A stretch of 36,383 bases of DNA from Candidatus Sabulitectum sp. (GTDB lineage: Bacteria; Fermentibacterota; Fermentibacteria; Fermentibacterales; JCC-6): the NCBI GenBank assembly GCA_029940175.1, contig JAOZRM010000004.1, forward strand, positions 1 to 36,383, given 5' to 3'. The notes under the pieces were generated by a model. It worked only from the letters and a program-made list of their open reading frames with translations. It was not told where the DNA came from and searched no databases. This document shows, piece by piece, positions 27,023 to 35,846 of this stretch; position 1 is the first letter of the stretch; each line of letters begins with the position of its first letter. Made by a program: the position numbers and the translations under genes.

Positions 27023-29206
27023 GTGAAAAAGGTAATAGTTCTTACTCTATTTCTTCTACTTTCCGCCTGTCGAGTGGTGAATGATGACACATCAGTTGGT
27101 TCTTCTCTGGTACATACTGTTCCATCTCCATTTTATGAGGTCGATTCTCTGTTACAGAACGGAGCTCAGGATCAGGCAGTTCGCCTGTTAAGAAGAATGG
27201 ACCCTTCGGAATATGGAAGAATGGATATTCTGTGGAGACTTGTGGGTGCATACAACGGACGTGGAATGATAACACATTGCATCAGTATGCTTGACAGTCT
27301 TCAGTCTTCCGGCTGGGGGGACCTTGCCGGCTGGAAGATATCTGTACTTGATTTGAACAGAGAACAGGAACTGGCGGTAGAACTGGTTTCCATGGATAAT
27401 GTTCTGCTTCTAGGCTGGCTGTACAGGAACAATCTGGAAGATATGCCTTCAGTGCTCTCTCTTCCTGTTCCCGATCACCTGGGAGAAAGAGCCGCAAGGT
27501 TACTTATGGCACCGGAAGGAATCACCACAGGACAGCTCGAACTGGCTGTTTCCGATGTGCGCTATTTGCCTGCTGCAATTGGCCCCAGAGTGCTTGTGGA
27601 ACTTGAAGCTGCCTACAGCAGTTCAGGGAACTGGTGGTCCGATGCGCTGAAACGCTTTGATCCCACCGGCAGCAGCGATTCAAGTATTCGCCTTACAGCT
27701 CTGAGAACCAAGTTTCTTGGTGGGGGTGATTACCAGTACTGGCACGGGCTTATCGGAACATCTGCCGAGATCACAGCTGCCAGAGTAATTGCCTCAAGAT
27801 GGCCTGACAGGGTTGACTGGGAAGCTGCTGATGTTCTTCTGGAGTCAGGATACAGCAGCATTGTAACTGCAATTACTGAATCAAGGGATGATCCTGGATT
27901 CAGCACAGGTATTCAAATGGCAACTTTGCGAAATGCAGACAGGTTTTCTGAACTGGAAGCGCTCTGCGGCTCAATACCACCTGATGCTTCTATTGAACTC
28001 AGAGCCAGAGCTGCATTGTTCAACGCAAGATCTTTGCGTGCAAGACGACAGAATACAGCGGCATACAGGGCTTACTACAGATTTGCTCAGGATTTCCCAT
28101 TTCATCCCACAGCCAGAGAGGCTTCCTATCTTGCCGGTAAATACTTCGATAGTGAACAGAACTGGGCAGAGGCCGGTGAAGCCTATCTTGCAAGTCTCCG
28201 GGCATCCGGTTCCTGGGATGGGGACGCAAGAGGACACTGGCGAGGTGGATTCTGCCTCTACATGAATGGCAGAGGCTCTGTTGGAGATTCTCTGTGGCAA
28301 GCCGGCTGTGAACAGTTCCCATACAGCCACTGGGCTGATGAGATGCTCTTCTGGCGGGCCAGATATGCAGAGAGACAGGGCAACAGTAATTCCCGTACCC
28401 AGTTGTTGCAGCTTGTTGCCCGGGATCATCCCTGGGAATTTTATGGAATGCTTGCCGCAGACAGACTGGGGATTCAGGACAATATTCAACTTTCGGTTGT
28501 AAGCCCTGTCATGAAAGACAATAGTGTACTCTCTATGGCAGCAGAGTTGTTCAGTCTGGGATACGGTACCGCTGCTGTGGAAGTACTTTTCGCAGGTAGT
28601 GAAGGTGATAGTGGACTGAATGCTGTGGCACTTGGTATTCTTGGAGAGCACGGACGGGCAATTGCCGCCATGCGATCAATGGATACGGAATATCGCGACG
28701 CCAATGAGGGTATTCTTCCTGACAGCCTGCTGGGGTGGTATTTCCCGGCACCTTATCGGGGGCTGGTTAGTGCAGTGACAGATACCATGACACTGGATCA
28801 CTCATATGTGGAAGGGATCATGAGGGAAGAGAGTTATTTCAACAGATTTGTAATTTCCAGCGCAGGGGCAGCAGGACTCATACAGTTGATGCCTGGTACA
28901 GCCGGGGATGTTGCAAGGTGGAATGGCCTTCCACGGTTGTCTTCAGAAGAGTTTTTCAATCCTGAGCATTCTGTTCTCTACGGCAGTCTGTACATCAACT
29001 CCCAGGCCAGACGGTACGACCATCCCGCCCTGTTTCTTGCTGCTTACAATGCCGGGCCGGGGAATGCATCGAGATGGGTGGACATGCACGGATTTGATAA
29101 CAGTGATCAGGAACTTTACATCGAACAGATCACCTATAGAGAAACAAGAATGTACGCAAAAAAAGTGCAGCGCTCAGCATGGATATATGGAAGGATAAGA
29201 CCATGA
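27023..29206 (+). CDS. Soluble lytic transglycosylase (Slt70-like) lipoprotein with TPR-like repeats
   Basis: Lipobox LSAC. C-terminal SLT motifs IMREESYF, AGLIQLMP, AAYNAGPG, ETRMY. Confidence 0.88.
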   Translation: MKKVIVLTLFLLLSACRVVNDDTSVGSSLVHTVPSPFYEVDSLLQNGAQDQAVRLLRRMDPSEYGRMDILWRLVGAYNGRGMITHCISMLDSLQSSGWGDLAGWKISVLDLNREQELAVELVSMDNVLLLGWLYRNNLEDMPSVLSLPVPDHLGERAARLLMAPEGITTGQLELAVSDVRYLPAAIGPRVLVELEAAYSSSGNWWSDALKRFDPTGSSDSSIRLTALRTKFLGGGDYQYWHGLIGTSAEITAARVIASRWPDRVDWEAADVLLESGYSSIVTAITESRDDPGFSTGIQMATLRNADRFSELEALCGSIPPDASIELRARAALFNARSLRARRQNTAAYRAYYRFAQDFPFHPTAREASYLAGKYFDSEQNWAEAGEAYLASLRASGSWDGDARGHWRGGFCLYMNGRGSVGDSLWQAGCEQFPYSHWADEMLFWRARYAERQGNSNSRTQLLQLVARDHPWEFYGMLAADRLGIQDNIQLSVVSPVMKDNSVLSMAAELFSLGYGTAAVEVLFAGSEGDSGLNAVALGILGEHGRAIAAMRSMDTEYRDANEGILPDSLLGWYFPAPYRGLVSAVTDTMTLDHSYVEGIMREESYFNRFVISSAGAAGLIQLMPGTAGDVARWNGLPRLSSEEFFNPEHSVLYGSLYINSQARRYDHPALFLAAYNAGPGNASRWVDMHGFDNSDQELYIEQITYRETRMYAKKVQRSAWIYGRIRP

Positions 29207-30504
29207 GTTTATTTCTGATAGCAATGATGATTGGTTCCGGTTTTACTACCGATCACGATGAAAATACCACAGTGGTTTATCCACCCTACGGACACTGCAT
29301 GGGAATCTACCGTGCCGGTCAGGATCAGCTTACAATGCTTCTTGGAGGTATGATCCAGTTTGATGATCCACAGGGGCTTGCCGCTGTACTTCCCTATACA
29401 TGGGATACTTCCGATCCAAGCGATGATGATGAGCTGGCTGTCTACGGCGTGAACAGTGGTTCGGGACACATCATCTACAACGCTTCCATGTACGCTCTGG
29501 GATTTTACGGAGGAGAAGGGAGTGGATCAGAAGAACTTTCTGCCCCACACGGTATCGCCGCTACAAGGTCCGGTATAGTCTACGTGGCAGATACAGGAAA
29601 CAGGCGGGTGGCAGTTCTTAAAAGATCCGGGCAGCGGCTTTCATCCGACTCCTTTATTGAGGGATTTTCAGAACCATGGGATGTTGCCCTGGACGGGCAG
29701 TACATCTGGGTTACAGACAGAGCCGCTGGAACCCTTTCCCGATATGCTTCAGCATCTGACCAGAGCCCTGTAGTTATTTCCCTGAATTCACCCAGAGGGG
29801 TTGCAGCTACAGGTTATGGTGAATACACCAGCGGTCATGCTGCCTGTCAGGTGGTGATCACCGACAACGGAACGATTCTTACAAAACTTGTTGAGGGTGC
29901 TGTAACGGCAACAGCCGACCTTTCCCGCTGCGGTGGCAGTTTTTTCAATTTTGTTGAGATCGATTATCATGGGAATGTATGGGTTACAGATTCCATCAGT
30001 TGTCGGATACACAAGTTTGATCCCCAGTTGAACTACCTGGACAGCTGGGGTGAAGGATACGGAGATGCTGACAACAGATTCCAGAATCCCACGGGTCTTG
30101 CTCTGTGGGACAGATTCGGTCAGATATTCGTGGCTGAAAGTTCCGGTGCCAGGTATTTCTGGGTTGGTTCTGATATACGGAACCTGAGCTTCTCAAGCGA
30201 CGGGAACGGATGTACAGTTTCAGGAAGACTGACAGAGAAGGCTACAATGATAGTCAGCGTTTTTCATGAAGATGGATCCCTGGCAAGAAATCTTTACTCA
30301 GGGAGAAGATCACCTGGATATTTCAGTTTTGAATGGGATGGTACAAGATTGCAGGGGCAGAGAGTTTATGTGGGTGATTATACCCTTTCCATAAATATTG
30401 AACCCATCTACTCAAGCAGAACCTATTTCGATAAGACATGGCTTACAGATTTCCACATGGAAGGTTCTGAAGAACCGGAGGAAACCCAAGGGGTAAGGAT
30501 CTGA
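29203..30504 (+). CDS. Secreted NHL-repeat beta-propeller protein with a C-terminal FlgD-type Ig domain
   Basis: Repeats PHGIA..VYVADTGNRRV, PWDVA..IWVTD, VWVTD..RIHKFD and NPTGLA. C-terminal FEWDG...GDY. ATGA overlap. Confidence 0.8.
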   Translation: MSLFLIAMMIGSGFTTDHDENTTVVYPPYGHCMGIYRAGQDQLTMLLGGMIQFDDPQGLAAVLPYTWDTSDPSDDDELAVYGVNSGSGHIIYNASMYALGFYGGEGSGSEELSAPHGIAATRSGIVYVADTGNRRVAVLKRSGQRLSSDSFIEGFSEPWDVALDGQYIWVTDRAAGTLSRYASASDQSPVVISLNSPRGVAATGYGEYTSGHAACQVVITDNGTILTKLVEGAVTATADLSRCGGSFFNFVEIDYHGNVWVTDSISCRIHKFDPQLNYLDSWGEGYGDADNRFQNPTGLALWDRFGQIFVAESSGARYFWVGSDIRNLSFSSDGNGCTVSGRLTEKATMIVSVFHEDGSLARNLYSGRRSPGYFSFEWDGTRLQGQRVYVGDYTLSINIEPIYSSRTYFDKTWLTDFHMEGSEEPEETQGVRI

Positions 30505-31700
30505 AATACGCTTTCCTCGCAGTACTGTTTCTGGCATCGGCATTTTTCAGTGGCACTGAAACGGCCTGCTTCAGCTTAAGTCAGCTTCAGAAAGAGAGAA
30601 TGTCCACCAGCGCCAGAGGGCGCCGTGCATTGAAGCTTCTCGCTGATCCGGGAAGACTGCTGACTTCCATTCTTCTTGGAAATACTTTCGTGAATGTTGC
30701 TGCTTCTTCTCTTGCAGCAGGAATCACTGCTGATCTGATTCCCGGTACACTGGGGTTGGGTCTCGGGGTTCTTGTTATGACTTTTCTTCTTTTAGTTCTG
30801 GGTGAGATCAGTCCCAAAACACTTGCCAGAAGAAAGAACCGGGAATGGATAGAAAGCTCATCCCATATTGTGGGTTTGTTGCTGTGGATTCTTTCTCCGG
30901 CAGCAAAGCTTCTTACGTACCCGGCGGATCTTGCAGACAGACTTGTTCCCGGAAGAGAAGGAGCTGATAGCTACATGGCTGCTGAGTTGTACATTCTTAT
31001 GGAAATGGCCAGGGATGAAGGAATTCTTGGAGGAGAGGCTGCTACAGCGGTTGCCATTCTTGAACTTGACGAGAGACAATGCGTTTCTGCAATGGTTCCC
31101 CGTGAAAAGGTTCTTTCATTAATGTCGGACTGGACTGTGGAAAAGGTAAAGGAAGAGGCTGAAAGAAGTTCTCAAACTGCTTATCCTTACATTGATGCAT
31201 CAACCGGACTCATGACAGGTATTATTGATGTAAAAGATCTCCTCGGTAAGGATCTGTTTATTGTTAGAGAGGTTCCATTCTTTCCAGAGTCTGCACGTTT
31301 GAGCAGAGTACTCTCTGATTTGAGAAAATCAGGGAACAGAATGGGAGCTGTTGTTGACGAATACGGAGACTGGACTGGTATTATTTCAGTGGCAGATATA
31401 CTGGAACGGGCTGTTTTTGCAGGGTCCTCCGGTGCACCTCTCCCCGAGGGTGTAAGCCGCAGCGGTGCTGGTTTTCTTATCCCGGCAAGTCTTTCTATCG
31501 AGACTCTTGCAGCTCTTCTGCACTCTGAAACACTTTCCGCGAGATATGCTGAATCCTGTGGAGGTCTGCTTCAGGAGATCACAGGCAGGCTTCCACTCGA
31601 GGGAGAGGTTATTGAGTATTCCGGTTTTCTGTTCAGAATAATCAGGGTTCATGTGAATGCACTTGAAAAAATATTTGTGGAGAAAGTTGTGAAATCATGA
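30501..31700 (+). CDS. CNNM/DUF21 (CorB/hemolysin-like) CBS-domain membrane protein, probable CTG start
   Basis: The conserved SAFFSGTETACFSLS lies in frame upstream of the first ATG (30600). Also ILLGNTFVN, GEISPK, VVDEYG...GIIS..DILE and a CorC-like tail. Confidence 0.85.
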   Translation: MKYAFLAVLFLASAFFSGTETACFSLSQLQKERMSTSARGRRALKLLADPGRLLTSILLGNTFVNVAASSLAAGITADLIPGTLGLGLGVLVMTFLLLVLGEISPKTLARRKNREWIESSSHIVGLLLWILSPAAKLLTYPADLADRLVPGREGADSYMAAELYILMEMARDEGILGGEAATAVAILELDERQCVSAMVPREKVLSLMSDWTVEKVKEEAERSSQTAYPYIDASTGLMTGIIDVKDLLGKDLFIVREVPFFPESARLSRVLSDLRKSGNRMGAVVDEYGDWTGIISVADILERAVFAGSSGAPLPEGVSRSGAGFLIPASLSIETLAALLHSETLSARYAESCGGLLQEITGRLPLEGEVIEYSGFLFRIIRVHVNALEKIFVEKVVKS

Positions 31701-32617
31701 TCAACCTTCTTGTTTTTCTTGGAGCCAGCATGCTTGCTGCATTCTGTAGTGGTTCGGAAACTGCATTTTCAGCTGCAGGTAAGATTCAGGTAGCAGCCCG
31801 GGGAAGAAAGGGTGCGAGAGCTCTGTGGTTCATGGAAAAACCTTCCCGTTACCTTGCTACAACCCTGGTGGGTACAAATGTTGGAGTGGTTCTTACTTCA
31901 AGCATAAGTCACGGCTGGGGTGTTGAGATGGGAGGTGTCTGGGGGGTTTTATTTGCTTTGGGTACAGCACTGTTTCTTCTCATCTTCGCTGAAATTACAC
32001 CCAAGCAGCTTGCTCTGTTCAGAAGCAACAAATTGTCTGTTGCAGCTGCTCCGTTTCTGTACCTGTTTCGAATGATAATGTACCCACTGATCGCAGCTGC
32101 GTCCGCTATATCCAACAAGGTCGCCGGCTCTGGCAGTGGTGAGCGATTCTTTGAGAGCCGAGCCGAGGTAAGGGGTCTTTTGCGGTCTTCCGGGGGCAGA
32201 AAGGGCATACTTGCATCTTCAGTTTTGAGCATGGCAGAAACTTCAGTAAGTGTTTATTCCAGGAAACTCACAGATTTCCCCGGAGTTGATGCCGGTGTTG
32301 AGAAGAAGCTTGCGCTTGAAGTGCTTTTGGGATCAGGGGAAAATCTTATTCTTATCTGGGAGGAAACAGGAGTAACTCTTCTGGGAGCAGTAAAAAGCTC
32401 CGCTCTTGTCAGATGGGATGGAGAGGGTTCAATATCAAAAATTTCTGTAGGTCTGCCTTACTACCAAGGGCGAACAGCACCGTTGAAGGTACTTTCAGAA
32501 CTCTGGCGATCCGGAGCAAGAGCTGCAGTTCTTCTTGATGACAATCGCCAGCCTGTCAGCCTGGTAACCGCTGAAATGATACTTGAACATCTCTTGCCGG
32601 AGTTTGCCAATGGCTGA
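31697..32617 (+). CDS. Second CNNM/DUF21 protein with a divergent CBS pair and no CorC tail
   Basis: AFCSGSETAF, TTLVGTN, FAEITPK. ATGA overlap. Confidence 0.82.
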   Translation: MINLLVFLGASMLAAFCSGSETAFSAAGKIQVAARGRKGARALWFMEKPSRYLATTLVGTNVGVVLTSSISHGWGVEMGGVWGVLFALGTALFLLIFAEITPKQLALFRSNKLSVAAAPFLYLFRMIMYPLIAAASAISNKVAGSGSGERFFESRAEVRGLLRSSGGRKGILASSVLSMAETSVSVYSRKLTDFPGVDAGVEKKLALEVLLGSGENLILIWEETGVTLLGAVKSSALVRWDGEGSISKISVGLPYYQGRTAPLKVLSELWRSGARAAVLLDDNRQPVSLVTAEMILEHLLPEFANG

Positions 32618-34220
32618 CATCAGCCCTCTCACCGGGTTGCCCGGTAATTTGTCGATTCAGATAAATCTTAGGGAACTGGTGATCAATGGAGACAGCACTG
32701 CTGTTTACGTGGATATTGTTGACTTCAAACCATTCAATGATTACTACGGTTTTGCTCTGGGAGATTCGGTGATCAGAAGGCTTGGGCAGATCCTTGAGGA
32801 ATCCATTCCTGATTATTTTGTTGGACACATCGGTGGAGATGATTTTTTATGTATTGGCCGGGGACAAAGCTTCATCACCGGTATTGAGAGTGCACGCCAG
32901 AGATTCCGGAGCATCGTTCCTGGATTTTACACTCCCAGGGATAGAGAATTTGGTGGAATTGAAACCTTTGACAGAGATGGAAGTTACAAATTTCTTCCTC
33001 TTCTGGATATTGCGGTGGTATTCATGGATTCAGAGCATGATGATGTCACCGTTGAGGCACTTGCACGCAAGGCGGGTCGCACTAAGAAATTCCTCAAGGG
33101 TGAACAGACTGCAGAATCAGTGTTTCCAGTTTTACAGAGAGCTCTTAGATCCGGATATCCGGTAGAGAATGTCAAGGCACTTATCGAAGCATGTGGCGTT
33201 TTGCGGGAAGAGGGAGCTGTAACAGTTCTCGCTGAAGTTCTCACAGGTAAATACAGCTGGAGTCTAAGGAAGAGCGCGGCACTTGCACTGGGGCACATTG
33301 GTAACGCTGAGTGTACCGGGCTTCTGCTGAATGCTCTTAAAGATTCCAATCCCCATATTCGTACCCGAGCAGTGGAAGGGCTTGTTATTTCTATGGGCAG
33401 AGAGTCCGGCCCTTTGATCGCACCAATGCTGAAGGACAGGTCAACCTGGGTTAGAAGGGCGGTTCTTCGCGGGATAGGATATGCAGGCTGGCTCGATGGC
33501 CTTCATTTTCTCAGAGCTTCAGCCATAGACAAGGCTTCCGGTGCAGGAATAAATACAGCCCGTGAAAGAAGTGCAGCACTAGATGGTATTGCTATGCTCA
33601 GTCCAGTTACTGAAGCTGAGTTTCTCTCAAGACTTTGCAATACTGAAGAGTATTATCCCGGAGATGCGGCTTTCAAAGCTCTCTGCTCTGTTGGAACAGA
33701 CTATGCTGCAGATCAGGTACTCCGGCAGAACGGAACAATTCCGGGGATTCTCAACCTTACTGGAATGAGTAATTCAAATTTGAGAAAGCTGGAGGTAATG
33801 GCAACCTGCTCACTTACTCAAGACGACTCCACTGTTGCAGGTGCTTTGAGATTTCTTGAGGGTTTTTCTATGGATCTCAGTAATTCCACCACTGCAAAAC
33901 TAAGGAACTGCCTCGGTAATTTTTCCGGGGACTTGTTCAGACGTCTGGTGATCTTACTTGACAACCGGAAGCTGACCGCTGACAGATCGTGCATCGCCAG
34001 AGTGGCCAGCCGGATGAATGCAGGGGAGCAGATCGGAGCATCGGCACTAAGCGCATTTCTGGGGTGGGTAGCTCGCAGGGGAGGAGTGTCCCCGGGCAGT
34101 CTGCTTATCTCCTTTCTAAGGGGAGATAGAAGGGCTGTGGCAGCTTCCGCTGCCCTTGCTGTTCGAGCTCTTGCATCCAGGGACTTGACGCAGATGGAAA
34201 ATGTAGAGACAATTAGTTAG
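32610..34220 (+). CDS. GGDEF-domain (GGDDF) protein fused to HEAT repeats
   Basis: SPLTGLPGN, YVDIVDFKPFNDYYGF..GD, GHIGGDDF. HEAT units LRKSAALALGHIG, D.NPHIRTRAVEGL, D.STWVRRAVLRGIG. ATG 32610 follows GGAG. Confidence 0.85.
   Translation: MADISPLTGLPGNLSIQINLRELVINGDSTAVYVDIVDFKPFNDYYGFALGDSVIRRLGQILEESIPDYFVGHIGGDDFLCIGRGQSFITGIESARQRFRSIVPGFYTPRDREFGGIETFDRDGSYKFLPLLDIAVVFMDSEHDDVTVEALARKAGRTKKFLKGEQTAESVFPVLQRALRSGYPVENVKALIEACGVLREEGAVTVLAEVLTGKYSWSLRKSAALALGHIGNAECTGLLLNALKDSNPHIRTRAVEGLVISMGRESGPLIAPMLKDRSTWVRRAVLRGIGYAGWLDGLHFLRASAIDKASGAGINTARERSAALDGIAMLSPVTEAEFLSRLCNTEEYYPGDAAFKALCSVGTDYAADQVLRQNGTIPGILNLTGMSNSNLRKLEVMATCSLTQDDSTVAGALRFLEGFSMDLSNSTTAKLRNCLGNFSGDLFRRLVILLDNRKLTADRSCIARVASRMNAGEQIGASALSAFLGWVARRGGVSPGSLLISFLRGDRRAVAASAALAVRALASRDLTQMENVETIS
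34185..34213 (+). promoter_or_regulatory. Possible sigma70-type promoter of the PAS/pseudo-receiver gene
   Basis: TTGACG-17 bp-GACAAT within the last codons of the upstream gene. Confidence 0.5.
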
Positions 34221-34245
34221 TCGTTGTCTTTTCGAAAGGTGATTA

Positions 34246-35391
34246 ATGAGCGAAACCGTACGAGAGTTACTTGCACAATTGCGAGTTTCCGATGAGCCGC
34301 AGCTTTCTGCTTTTCTTCCTGACCCCGAGGGCCAGAATGTGATCTTAAGGAACCTTCCTTGTGCTCTTATCGTACTGGATTCTGAAGAGGGCGTTGTTCT
34401 TGAACTGAACGATTACGCTCTTGATCTATTCGGAGTGCAAAGGTTTACGCTTATCGGGAAGACTTTGAAGTCTGTAGGTATCTCCATGGATGTAAACAGT
34501 GAATCAGTGGCTGCATCACCAGGGAACCCATCTCAGGGATTTATTAAGGATTCCAGTGGTGTCTCCGTTCCTGTTCTTCTGCTTCAGCGGAGAGTACGGT
34601 TGAGTGGCTTGAAAGCGGATGTTATTCTGATCATCGACTCTACGCTGATCGGAGGCAGCCGAACTGCTGAGGCAAGCTTTGATCTGTTTAAGAGAGCGCT
34701 CTCTGAGACGAAAACGGCGTACATATTCGCCCGTACCACAGGTGGAGCACTGGAGAGAGATCTTCAGGTGGTCGAATTTGGTGGTGATCTCCCTTTCGAA
34801 ATGACTGGTAAGATCATTGCCGGCACATCCGTTTCTGATGTTTTCACGCCGGTAAATGCAGCAAGAGTAGTGGAAAACGCAATAATTCTCTCAAGAAACG
34901 GTGGAGAGAAAAAACTTGACTTGAAGCAATGCAGACCACTTAAAATGTATGCAAATCCAGGAGGTCAGGTGCTTCTTGTTTTTCCTCCGGAGAATGACGA
35001 AAAAAAGACCATCAGAACAATTACCTCGCAGTTGAGTTCCGGAATGAAAAGAACAGTTCTGTATATCGCATCCAGCGCCACTGCAAGAAACTCAGGAAAG
35101 GAAATGCTGGAGATGATCGGCTTCCATGTGACCGAAATGGAATCTCCTTCAAGCGCACATATTATTCTGGACGAGAACCCGGGTAGATTCCACTTTATGG
35201 TATGCGAGGAATATGCTGATGATCCCGATCTTCTTGCTCTCGCCGTTGACCTGGACAGCGCCGGTATAGGTCTGATACTGGTTACAAATGATGACTTTTC
35301 TTACGACGGGGATCTAAGGCTGGTGAAACTGGCTCCTCCGCTAAGTATTAACCTTCTAGCGTCAGCAGTTTCTCAGGTTAGTGATCAATGA
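34246..35391 (+). CDS. PAS-domain protein with a C-terminal degenerate receiver-like domain
   Basis: PAS-like ILRNLPCALIVLD...ELN.YA..LFG....LIGK. The C-terminus follows the REC pattern (RTVLYI...MLEMIGFHV...FHFMVCE...PLSINLL) without the catalytic residues. Confidence 0.65.
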   Translation: MSETVRELLAQLRVSDEPQLSAFLPDPEGQNVILRNLPCALIVLDSEEGVVLELNDYALDLFGVQRFTLIGKTLKSVGISMDVNSESVAASPGNPSQGFIKDSSGVSVPVLLLQRRVRLSGLKADVILIIDSTLIGGSRTAEASFDLFKRALSETKTAYIFARTTGGALERDLQVVEFGGDLPFEMTGKIIAGTSVSDVFTPVNAARVVENAIILSRNGGEKKLDLKQCRPLKMYANPGGQVLLVFPPENDEKKTIRTITSQLSSGMKRTVLYIASSATARNSGKEMLEMIGFHVTEMESPSSAHIILDENPGRFHFMVCEEYADDPDLLALAVDLDSAGIGLILVTNDDFSYDGDLRLVKLAPPLSINLLASAVSQVSDQ

Positions 35392-35442
35392 TTGATTGAG
35401 CCCTGTTTACGTTCATAACTAAACAGTTCTGCACTTTCTGGG

Positions 35443-35528
35443 TGGTACCGGAGGAGGGACTTGAACCCTCACACCTCGAAAGGTAACGGATTTTGAGTCC
35501 GTCGCGTCTGCCATTCCGCCACTCCGGC
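35443..35528 (-). tRNA. tRNA-Leu(CAA)
   Basis: Minus strand reads GCCGGAG...ACGGA-CTCAAAA-TCCGT, with a long variable arm, GGTTCAAGTCC and CCA. Confidence 0.96.
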
Positions 35529-35543
35529 ACTAAATCAAGGTGG

Positions 35544-35572
35544 AATGTAATTCATGTTTAACCTTTCGGCAA
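35544..35572 (-). promoter_or_regulatory. Sigma70-type promoter of tRNA-Leu
   Basis: TTGCCG-17 bp-TACATT on the minus strand. Confidence 0.6.
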
Positions 35573-35574
35573 CC

Positions 35575-35603
35575 TTGACAAAATTGCTGCAAAGGGGTAA
35601 ATT
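35575..35603 (+). promoter_or_regulatory. Sigma70-type promoter of the tRNA-Ile2/tRNA-Val operon
   Basis: TTGACA-17 bp-TAAATT followed by a TCGCG discriminator. Confidence 0.78.
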
Positions 35604-35614
35604 TCGCGTTCAAA

Positions 35615-35691
35615 GGGCCCATAGCTCAGTTGGCTAGAGCCACCGGCTCATAACCGGTCGGTCCCTGGTTCGAGTCCAGGTGGGCCCACCA
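35615..35691 (+). tRNA. tRNA with CAT anticodon, most likely tRNA-Ile2 (lysidine)
   Basis: GGGCCCA acceptor stem and ACCGG-CTCATAA-CCGGT arm. It lacks the initiator C1:A72 mismatch and GGG/CCC stem and resembles Ile2 rather than elongator Met. Confidence 0.85.
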
Positions 35692-35709
35692 TTTTAGCAT
35701 TCACAAGAA

Positions 35710-35785
35710 GGGCGGGTAGCTCAGTTGGTAGAGCACAAGCTTCACACGTTTGGGGTCGCAGGTTCGATCCCTGTCCCGCCCACCA
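35710..35785 (+). tRNA. tRNA-Val(CAC)
   Basis: GGGCGGG/CCCGCCC acceptor stem, CAAGC-TTCACAC-GTTTG arm, CCA. Confidence 0.95.
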
Positions 35786-35819
35786 GAAAAACGGACACCC
35801 CATGGTGTCCGTTTTTCTG
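35784..35819 (+). terminator. Intrinsic terminator after tRNA-Val
   Basis: CAGAAAAACGGACACC-CCAT-GGTGTCCGTTTTTCTG is a perfect inverted repeat with A/T tracts. Confidence 0.85.
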
Positions 35820-35846
35820 TATCCATAGAGATCGGATGGTTGTTTC

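Noticed and set aside
27971-28651. 226-aa antisense ORF inside slt, plus the many other 60-180 aa shadow ORFs
   Set aside because: They are nested in well-supported genes, carry no recognisable motifs, and are expected by chance or from codon structure.
30501-32617. Hemolysin or toxin genes
   Set aside because: 'Hemolysin' is a legacy label for DUF21-CBS proteins, which are CorB/CNNM ion transporters.
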